Source: Patescibacteria group bacterium (GTDB taxonomy: Bacteria > Patescibacteriota > Minisyncoccia > Phycocordibacterales > GWA1-40-21). Taken from it: a stretch of 33,723 nucleotides of DNA. Positions 28,214 through 33,723 of this stretch are shown one piece after another; position 1 is the stretch's first letter; every line of letters begins with the position of its first letter. The notes under the pieces are model-generated. The model saw only the letters and a program-made list of their open reading frames with translations. It was not told where the DNA came from and searched no databases. The position numbers were made by a program, and so were the translations under genes. The stretch lies in NCBI GenBank assembly GCA_018971765.1, contig JAGXAA010000001.1:1-33723 (forward strand). The letters are read 5' to 3'.

Positions 28214-28609
28214 ATGATTCATTCCCGTAAAGAAGGCGTTTTACCCCCCCCCCGAGAATTACCACAAGTAATTCTCAAGTCGAAAGAGACATACCATTTC
28301 TGGCTGACGCTATATCGTGATTTTCCAAAGGTTGAGCGGTTTGGCATAGGAAATAAAGTAGAGCAGGCTTTTCTTGATGTTCTTGAATACACCTTTTGTC
28401 TGACCTATCTCCCACCGGAGCATAAGGTTCCCATGCTCAACAAAGCGATCACGAAACTCGACATCGTGAAGTTTTTCGCCCAGCTCGCATGGGAGAGCAA
28501 GCTCATTCCAACCGATAAATATTCAGACCTTATCGCGGGCCTTGAAGAAGTCGGCCGACAGCTCGGCGGATGGAAGAAAGGCCTACAAAAGAAAACTTCT
28601 GCTAATTGA
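28214..28609 (+). CDS. avd: Avd-like accessory variability determinant (four-helix-bundle protein)
   Basis: 131 aa from the ATG at 28214. FPKVERFGIGNKVEQAFLDVLEYTF...LDIVKFFAQLAWESKLI...GLEEVGRQLGGWKKGL resembles Avd and 23S-IVS four-helix-bundle proteins; compare the BPP-1 Avd ...AEVGRILGSWI, recalled from memory. It sits next to TR and RT but on the opposite strand. Confidence 0.75.
   Translation: MIHSRKEGVLPPPRELPQVILKSKETYHFWLTLYRDFPKVERFGIGNKVEQAFLDVLEYTFCLTYLPPEHKVPMLNKAITKLDIVKFFAQLAWESKLIPTDKYSDLIAGLEEVGRQLGGWKKGLQKKTSAN
28244..28253. repeat. C10/G10 homopolymer tract
   Basis: ttaCCCCCCCCCCgag. It encodes the PPP of avd codons ~11-14 and lies 29-38 nt upstream of the RT-frame ATG on the other strand. 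Confidence 0.9.
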
Positions 28610-28616
28610 GCAGAAG
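28596..28616. promoter_or_regulatory. 7-bp hairpin straddling the avd stop codon, 12 nt from the TR 3' end
   Basis: CTTCTGC-TAATTGA-GCAGAAG. On the minus strand it lies immediately 3' of TR. Confidence 0.5.
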
Positions 28617-28627
28617 AAAGATAACAG

Positions 28628-28749
28628 TTTCGAGAGAACACCTGGTTGCCATCGTTCCACCTGTTCGGGTTCTCGACGGAGTTCGCATTGACGTTCCAGC
28701 CGTCGTCGTTCCAGTTCACGTTGACCGTTCGGAGCACACCAGCGTTATC
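28628..28749 (-). repeat. DGR template repeat (TR)
   Basis: It aligns without gaps to 29094..29215 (offset 466). On the minus strand it reads ...DNAGVLRTVNVNWNDDGWNVNANSVENPNRWNDGNQVFSRN, rich in AAC/AAT codons. Confidence 0.9.
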
Positions 28750-28984
28750 GTACATGGGACCATCTGCATCACCGCCCACCAAATCATGACAAGCTGAATT
28801 TTATTCGGGACATCGAAGTCCGCCAGTCTCATGTACCAATTCTTATTCTTTTTTTGAAGAGACTTCTCTCACTCTCGCGCAAGGCGTACCCAGCGCGACT
28901 CTCGGGAAAAATATCCTAAGACCATGACGCGGAAGCCGTGACCGCCGCGTAACACATGATTTCGGAAGCAGTATACCAGTTTGA

Positions 28985-29026
28985 ATATAAAAAATTAACC
29001 CCCGGTCTGCCGAAGCAAACCGAGGG
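28985..29026 (-). terminator. Rho-independent terminator after the DGR target gene
   Basis: Minus strand: CCCUCGGUUUGC-UUCG-GCAGACCGGGGG. This is a 12-bp stem whose two non-Watson-Crick pairs are G-U only on the minus strand, with a UUCG tetraloop. It is followed by TTAATTTTTTATAT. Confidence 0.6.
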
Positions 29027-29050
29027 TCAAAGTGTCCAAGGGACAGAGGA

Positions 29051-29761
29051 TCAGGCCGCCGGAGCCGAAGGTTCCGAGGATTCGAGAACAGAATTGCGAG
29101 AGAACACCTGGCTGCCATCGCCCCACCTGCTCGGGTCCTCGACGGAGCGCGCACGGACGAACCAGCCGCCGCCGCACCAGAGCACGCGGACCGCGCGGAG
29201 CACACCAGCGACATCCTTGATGTAGAAGAGATTGGCCCAGCCGTTGTTCAGGAGAACACCTTCTTCGCCATGCTTCTGCTTTTCCATGAGGGAAAACATC
29301 TCGGAGAGAGTGGTTTCAGCTTTCGCTTCGCCACCGAGCTCCTCAATGATCGTACTATCCACTGATGCCTTGCGCAATTTTGCATAGTGCAGGGTTTGTT
29401 CACTGATAGGGTCTTCGATTTTGCCGTCACCGTTTAGGAACCACGCCTTGAAGTTGCCGCCGAGGTAGCTGATCTTCACCGGAGCGTTACGCTTGGTGTT
29501 GATCACAAACCTCTCTTTGGCGACGAGCTTGCCGGTCGTTGCGGGAATGACGATCGTCGAGACGAGCTCGAGGAGATCGGTCCGGGGCTTCGGAGCGGGC
29601 GCTTGCGCGACCTCACCGTTACTCCAGCAGGACTCTTTGCGGAGAAACCGCTTGAGTTCTTCTTCCCATTGGCTGCCGTCCTGGCCGCCGAGGTTCACAA
29701 TGAGCTGATTGAGCGGTCCGGTTGTGAATTCGCGGAGCGCCTTGCTGAGCATAGTATCCAT
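29051..29761 (-). CDS. DGR target (variable) protein; VR forms the C-terminal ~40 codons
   Basis: 236 aa with AAAGGAG 7 nt upstream of the ATG. C-terminus: ...DVAGVLRAVRVLWCGGGWFVRARSVEDPSRWGDGSQVFSRN. It matches the TR translation except at TR Asn/Asp/Thr codons. Confidence 0.85.
   Translation of the reverse strand: MDTMLSKALREFTTGPLNQLIVNLGGQDGSQWEEELKRFLRKESCWSNGEVAQAPAPKPRTDLLELVSTIVIPATTGKLVAKERFVINTKRNAPVKISYLGGNFKAWFLNGDGKIEDPISEQTLHYAKLRKASVDSTIIEELGGEAKAETTLSEMFSLMEKQKHGEEGVLLNNGWANLFYIKDVAGVLRAVRVLWCGGGWFVRARSVEDPSRWGDGSQVFSRNSVLESSEPSAPAA
29094..29215 (-). repeat. DGR variable repeat (VR)
   Basis: 122 nt homologous to TR. By hand alignment there are 24 mismatches, and every one falls at a plus-strand T (coding-strand A) of TR. 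Confidence 0.9.
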
Positions 29762-29815
29762 GGTCAGTCTCCTTTCTGTGGATTGTTATTTGCTGTCGAT
29801 TTGGCCACATTGGTT

Positions 29816-29866
29816 TCATCACAGCAGAGAATGGCTTAGTGTGTAAGCCGCTTTCTGCTGTGATGA
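29816..29866. promoter_or_regulatory. Large perfect palindrome in the 5' leader of the target gene
   Basis: TCATCACAGCAGA...TCTGCTGTGATGA (13-bp perfect arms) with an inner GGCTTA/TAAGCC stem. It lies between the predicted promoter and the RBS. Confidence 0.6.
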
Positions 29867-29900
29867 ATCTCGCAATTTCAAAGACCTTATTTTTAATGCT

Positions 29901-29930
29901 ATTGTAGCACAAGAAGTACCTATTTGTCAA
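29901..29930 (-). promoter_or_regulatory. Near-consensus sigma-70-type promoter for the target gene
   Basis: Minus strand: TTGACA, an 18-nt spacer ending in TGC, then TACAAT (extended -10 TGnTAcAAT). Confidence 0.5.
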
Positions 29931-30047
29931 TTATCTACCAATTATACCGCGCTCTTTTTGCGTATTGTCCCTATATTGAGCCGTTAAATGAATTTATGGA
30001 TTCACGGTTTCGTTAATTTTAGCGCTTGTGCTATATTGTTCCAAATT

Positions 30048-30815
30048 ATGAAATATCATTCCAAAAAGACGGAAACATCGTGGGGGAATGTCGCCCTTTG
30101 GTATGATGAAATGCTGGAACAGAGAGACAATACCTGTCAAAAAAACATTATTCTGCCAAATATTTTAAGACTGATGGATATAAAGAAAAAAGAGTCTATT
30201 TTAGATTTGGCTTGCGGCGCGGGATTCTTCGCGCGAGAATTCTTAAAAAAAAGCGGAGAGATCAAAGGCGTTGACATTTCACGGGAGCTTATCGAAATAG
30301 CCAAGAAAAATTCACCGAAAGAAATTGAATATTTCGCGTCGCCGGCGGATGATCTGGTCTCCGTTAAAAATAAAACTGTCGACAAAATCGCTATAATTTT
30401 AGCGATACAAAACATTGAAAATATTTTCAGCGTCTTCAGCGAATGCGACCGCGTCCTAAAAACCGGCGGGAAGCTTTTCTTGGTTATGAATCATCCGGCT
30501 TTCAGAATTCCCAAGCAAAGCAGCTGGGAGTTTGACGATAAAAATAAAATCCAATACAGGAGAATTGATGAGTATATGTCCGAATCAAAAACGAAAATTG
30601 AAATGCATCCGGGCAAAGACAACGGCGAACGGACGATCTCATTTCATCGCCCTCTTCAAGTCTATTTTAAAGCGTTGAAAAAAAACGGCTTTTGCGTGAG
30701 CGGATTGGAGGAATGGGTATCGGACAAAAAAAGCCAGCTCGGACCGCGCGCCGAATCGGAAAACAAAGCCAGAAAGGAATTCCCTCTTTTCTTATTCATA
30801 GAAGCCAAAAAATGA
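30048..30815 (+). CDS. Class I SAM-dependent methyltransferase
   Basis: The ATG at 30048 gives MKYHSKK.... Motif I is ILDLACGAGFFAREF, and the post-I/II pattern (VDISRELIE, VDKIAIILAIQNIEN) is present. Confidence 0.8.
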   Translation: MKYHSKKTETSWGNVALWYDEMLEQRDNTCQKNIILPNILRLMDIKKKESILDLACGAGFFAREFLKKSGEIKGVDISRELIEIAKKNSPKEIEYFASPADDLVSVKNKTVDKIAIILAIQNIENIFSVFSECDRVLKTGGKLFLVMNHPAFRIPKQSSWEFDDKNKIQYRRIDEYMSESKTKIEMHPGKDNGERTISFHRPLQVYFKALKKNGFCVSGLEEWVSDKKSQLGPRAESENKARKEFPLFLFIEAKK

Positions 30816-30844
30816 CGCGGCTCGAAAAGCTTCATAATTCAAAG

Positions 30845-30947
30845 GAATTATGAAACGGAAAAATTTACGGTCTGGTTGAGCAAAAACACCTTGAAAGACA
30901 AAGAGGTTTTGCGACCCGAGGACTTAAATTTTTCCGTTTCGTAATTC
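30845..30947. repeat. Intergenic palindromic element, copy B (reverse orientation relative to copy A)
   Basis: GAATTATGAAACGGAAAAATTTACGG...CCGAGGACTTAAATTTTTCCGTTTCGTAATTC. The core matches copy A. It is flanked by ATAATTCAAAG (30834-30844) and ATAATTCCAAAG (30951-30962). Confidence 0.7.
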
Positions 30948-30977
30948 ATGATAATTCCAAAGTAACCCGCAATCCGA

Positions 30978-32921
30978 CTATGGCTGATGCTCAATGTCCA
31001 TTTTCTTTTTCGGAATGATGCCGTGGGCGATGATTATTTTCTCAAATTCGTCTTTCTCAATCGTCTCCGCTTCAATCAGTCTTTTGGCGATGGCATCCAA
31101 AGCGTCGCGATTTTTTATAATTATGTCTTCGGATTTTTTGAAGGCCTCGTTCATTATTTTGGAAACTTCGTCGTCAATCATGGCGCCGACTTTTTCCGAA
31201 TATTCTTTGTCTTCCAAACCTCTGCCGTAGACGGCTCTGCCTCCCGCCCCCTCAAACGCCATCGGCCCCATTCTCTCCGACATTCCGTATTTCGTCACCA
31301 TATCGCGCGCGAGAGCGGTAGCGACCTGCAAGTCATTGGACGAACCTGTGGTGAGGTCGCCAAACATCATTTTTTCCGTCACATAACCGCCGAGAGAAAC
31401 GGCAATATCGTCAAGAAATTCTCTCTGCGATTGGAGTCTCTTGTCTTCAATCGGCAATTTCAAAGTGTAGCCGGCGGCGCGGCCTCGGGAAATTATGGAA
31501 ACTTTGTGAACCGGATCGGAGTAAGGAAGCGCGGAAGCGATGATGGCATGCCCTCCTTCGTGATAAGCGGTTATTTCTTTTTCTTTTTTTGAAAGAATGT
31601 GGCTTTTTCTTTCCGGACCGAGCATCACTTTTTCAATGGAACGAATAAGGTCATACTGCGAGATTTTTTTCCTGTTTTCGCGCGCCGCGAGAATCGCTCC
31701 TTCATTCATCAAAGAATACAGATCGGCTCCGGAAAAGCCCGGCGTTCTCTCGGCGATAACTGAGAAATTCACATCTTCCGCAAATTGTTTGGCGCGGGCG
31801 TGGATTTTCAATATTTCTTCTCTGTCATTTCTGTCGGGCAAATCTATCGTCACTCTGCGGTCAAATCTTCCCGGGCGAAGAAGCGCCGAGTCCAAAACAT
31901 CCGGCCTGTTGGTCGCCGCCATCACGATTACTTTCTCGTTCGGTTCAAAGCCGTCCATCTCCACCAAAATTTGGTTTAAGGTCTGTTCTCTCTCATCGTT
32001 TCCTCCTCCAAGCCCGGCTCCTCGCACTCTGCCCACCGCGTCTATCTCATCAACAAAAACGATTGACGGCGCGGCTTGCTTCGCCATTTTGAACAAATCT
32101 CTGACGCGCGAAGCGCCGACCCCGACAAACATTTCCACGAATTCCGAACCGGAAATTGAAAAGAAGGCGACTCCAGCTTCACCCGCCACAGCTCGCGCCA
32201 ACAATGTCTTGCCTGTGCCCGGCGCGCCCATCAAAAGTATCCCTTTCGGTATGCGCGCGCCGATTTCCAAAAACTTTTTCGGATTTTTCAGGAAATCAAC
32301 TATCTCCGAAAGCTCCTCCTTTGCCTCTTTGGCGCCCGCGACATCGGCAAAAGTCACTTTTTGTTTTTTATCCGACGGCAAAATCATTCTCGCCTTTGAC
32401 TGCCCAAAAGTGAAAGCTTGCATCCCCGCGCCTTTGACCTGCCTCGACAAAAACCAGATAAAGATGAATATGAAAAGAATCGGCGCGAGAAAAGGAGCGA
32501 GGTTGATAATCCAATACCCTATCCCGCTTGGATTTTTTATTTCAATTTTCACCGCCGCGATTTTTTCCGCCTTAACTCCGTAATTGGAAAGCGTGTCGGA
32601 AAGCGCCGTTCCATCTTCTTTCTTCGCGATTTTTTTCTCCTCCGAGCCGACATATTTTATCTCTAAATTATCGCCTTTCACGGTGATACTTTCCACACTG
32701 CCGGCGGAAATGTCAGAAGCGACTTGCGAGATCGGAATTTCTTTGACCGATGAAGTGTTGTCGGCGATTATTGAATACAAAGTGATAATAACTAAGAAAA
32801 TCAATATCGCGCTAATAGCATTCACGAAAAACGGCTTCTTGAGGGAATGTTTCTTCACCCCGCGCCCTCTCTTATCTTGCCCCGCTTTCTTCCCATTTTT
32901 ATTATTATTAAATAAGTCCAT
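30978..32921 (-). CDS. ftsH: ATP-dependent zinc metalloprotease FtsH
   Basis: Two TM segments, Walker A ([11 protein letters not shown]), an SRH region, and the zinc motif HEGGHA. Confidence 0.95.
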   Translation of the reverse strand: MDLFNNNKNGKKAGQDKRGRGVKKHSLKKPFFVNAISAILIFLVIITLYSIIADNTSSVKEIPISQVASDISAGSVESITVKGDNLEIKYVGSEEKKIAKKEDGTALSDTLSNYGVKAEKIAAVKIEIKNPSGIGYWIINLAPFLAPILFIFIFIWFLSRQVKGAGMQAFTFGQSKARMILPSDKKQKVTFADVAGAKEAKEELSEIVDFLKNPKKFLEIGARIPKGILLMGAPGTGKTLLARAVAGEAGVAFFSISGSEFVEMFVGVGASRVRDLFKMAKQAAPSIVFVDEIDAVGRVRGAGLGGGNDEREQTLNQILVEMDGFEPNEKVIVMAATNRPDVLDSALLRPGRFDRRVTIDLPDRNDREEILKIHARAKQFAEDVNFSVIAERTPGFSGADLYSLMNEGAILAARENRKKISQYDLIRSIEKVMLGPERKSHILSKKEKEITAYHEGGHAIIASALPYSDPVHKVSIISRGRAAGYTLKLPIEDKRLQSQREFLDDIAVSLGGYVTEKMMFGDLTTGSSNDLQVATALARDMVTKYGMSERMGPMAFEGAGGRAVYGRGLEDKEYSEKVGAMIDDEVSKIMNEAFKKSEDIIIKNRDALDAIAKRLIEAETIEKDEFEKIIIAHGIIPKKKMDIEHQP

Positions 32922-32983
32922 AATTGATTGTCATTATACACGAGTTGGAAAAAACTTAAATGTATTTATGATAAAATAATTTT

Positions 32984-33427
32984 ATGCAGATTCTGATAAA
33001 CAACAAAAAGTCCTATTTCAATTATGAAATTCTTGAAAAATATGTCGCGGGCATAGAGCTTTTCGGCTTTGAGGTGAAGTCCATCAAGCAAGGACAGGGC
33101 TCGCTTGAAGGCGCTTATGTCACAATAAGAGGCGGAGAAGCGTATCTCATAGGCGCGAATATTCCGGCTTTTCAGGCGAAAAACGCGCCTGAATCTTACG
33201 ACCCGATAAGAAACAGGCGCATCCTTCTGACCAAAAAAGAAATCGGCGAGCTCGCTTTGATTGAAGCGAAAAAAGGACAAACAATAGTCGCCCTAGCGAT
33301 GCATAACGCCGGCGGCAAAATAAAAATTGAAATCGGTGTCGCTCGAGGCAAAAAACAATTTGACAAAAGAGAGACAATAAAAAAGAGAGATGAAGAGCGG
33401 GAGATTAGGAGAGAGATGAAGGGCTGA
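32984..33427 (+). CDS. smpB: SsrA-binding protein SmpB
   Basis: NKKSYFNYEILEKYVAGIELFGFEVKSI and the basic C-terminal tail. No tmRNA is recognisable next to it. Confidence 0.9.
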   Translation: MQILINNKKSYFNYEILEKYVAGIELFGFEVKSIKQGQGSLEGAYVTIRGGEAYLIGANIPAFQAKNAPESYDPIRNRRILLTKKEIGELALIEAKKGQTIVALAMHNAGGKIKIEIGVARGKKQFDKRETIKKRDEEREIRREMKG

Positions 33428-33485
33428 AAACTTGCACAAAAATTAGTATTGCATAGTGTGGTTAACTATTAATTAGCGAATAAAT

Positions 33486-33723
33486 TTAATTTTTGATGAT
33501 AAAAATCTGTATCAACTGAACAATTATTTGGGCAACACCAACAAAAACCAATCCCCCTGTAAGAATGAGCATTCGCTTGGAATATTTCTCGTTTGAAGTT
33601 GCCAATTTTTCATTAGAAGTTATCATTTTTTCTGCAATACCCTCAATTTTCTTTCCTAAAATAAAATCTGAAATTATTTGTGATTGATTGATGTCTGATG
33701 TTGTTACTTGTTGTCGTGAGTTT
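33486..33723 (-). CDS. Hypothetical tail-anchored protein; 5' end is off the window
   Basis: By hand translation, the open minus-strand frame from the window edge ends ...EKMITSNEKLATSNEKYSKRMLILTGGLVFVGVAQIIVQLIQIFIIKN*. Confidence 0.3.
   Translation of the reverse strand, partial: NSRQQVTTSDINQSQIISDFILGKKIEGIAEKMITSNEKLATSNEKYSKRMLILTGGLVFVGVAQIIVQLIQIFIIKN

Larger units (their letters stand above)
26752..29931. mobile_element. GC-richer insert carrying a diversity-generating retroelement (putative horizontally acquired cassette)
   Basis: Hand counts of 60-nt lines give 53-70% GC inside, against ~30-47% in flanking sequence. The insert is bounded on both sides by the 9-mer TTTGTCAAT (26752-26760 and 29923-29931). 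No integrase or transposase is present. Confidence 0.45.

Noticed and set aside
27247-28215. Alternative identities for the RT: group II intron maturase, retron RT or Abi-type RT
   Set aside because: There is no intron-like RNA domain structure or maturase/En domains. No msr/msd-type repeats lie upstream. The GxxxSQ motif 4, the adjacent Avd-like gene and the adenine-specific TR/VR pair fit a DGR much better.
28405-28782. 125-aa minus-strand ORF covering TR (MVGGDADGPMYDNAGVLRTVNVNWNDDGW...)
   Set aside because: It is only the TR read in the same frame as VR, running on into antisense avd sequence. There is no RBS, it overlaps the well-supported avd gene, and TRs are expected to be non-coding templates.
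28843-29225. Several 60-123-aa ORFs on both strands over the VR and terminator region (28843..29214, 28956..29225, 28995..29177, 29032..29220)
   Set aside because: These are Arg/Ala/Pro-rich products typical of off-frame reading of GC-rich DNA. They overlap the target gene and its terminator.
29619-29930. 103-aa minus-strand ORF upstream of and overlapping the target gene start
   Set aside because: It starts at the TTG of the predicted -35 hexamer, reads through the leader palindrome, and overlaps the target gene out of frame.
31597-32583. 328-aa plus-strand ORF, plus other long antisense ORFs inside ftsH, gyrA (12357..13094), leuS (8183..8854) and the operon genes
   Set aside because: They lie entirely antisense to strongly supported housekeeping genes and give Ser/Phe/Ile-rich low-complexity translations. 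These are typical shadow ORFs.
33428-33485. tmRNA (ssrA) next to smpB
   Set aside because: Only ~58 nt of AT-rich spacer lie before the next minus-strand ORF. There is no tRNA-like acceptor/T-arm sequence and no tag reading frame.
1-33723. CRISPR arrays, rRNA/tRNA genes, transposases and integrases
   Set aside because: There are no regularly spaced direct repeats. No intergenic region has tRNA-like GC-rich cloverleaf sequence. No ORF has recombinase or transposase motifs.

Overview
This is 33.7 kb from an AT-rich, tightly packed bacterial genome. Most genes are informational housekeeping genes: leuS, lysS, greA, gyrA, dprA, trpS, topA, ftsH and smpB. The remaining content (a sigma-region-4/HARE-HTH protein, a DUF5674-like gene, split PEP-utilising-enzyme genes) suggests a Patescibacteria/CPR-like organism; this is an inference from gene content only. 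The left edge carries a type I R-M methylase (hsdM) followed by a Fic gene that runs off the window. The stand-out is a visibly GC-richer insert of about 3.2 kb (about 26.75-29.93 kb) holding a complete diversity-generating retroelement (DGR). It has a DGR-type reverse transcriptase, an Avd-like four-helix-bundle gene, a 122-nt template repeat (TR) and a matching variable repeat (VR) that forms the C-terminus of a 236-aa target gene. By hand alignment, all 24 TR/VR differences sit at TR adenines. The cassette has several odd features. The avd gene is inverted and sits between TR and RT. The RT frame has an in-frame TAA six codons after its natural ATG. A C10 homopolymer lies at the avd/RT junction. 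Strong hairpins and inverted repeats flank the parts. Elsewhere I see a Nudix-like domain inserted into LeuRS, a five-gene operon that looks like a split rifampin-phosphotransferase/PpsA-like phosphotransfer system, and a family of roughly 100-130-nt intergenic palindromic repeats with compensatory changes. I found no rRNA, tRNA, CRISPR array, transposase or integrase.
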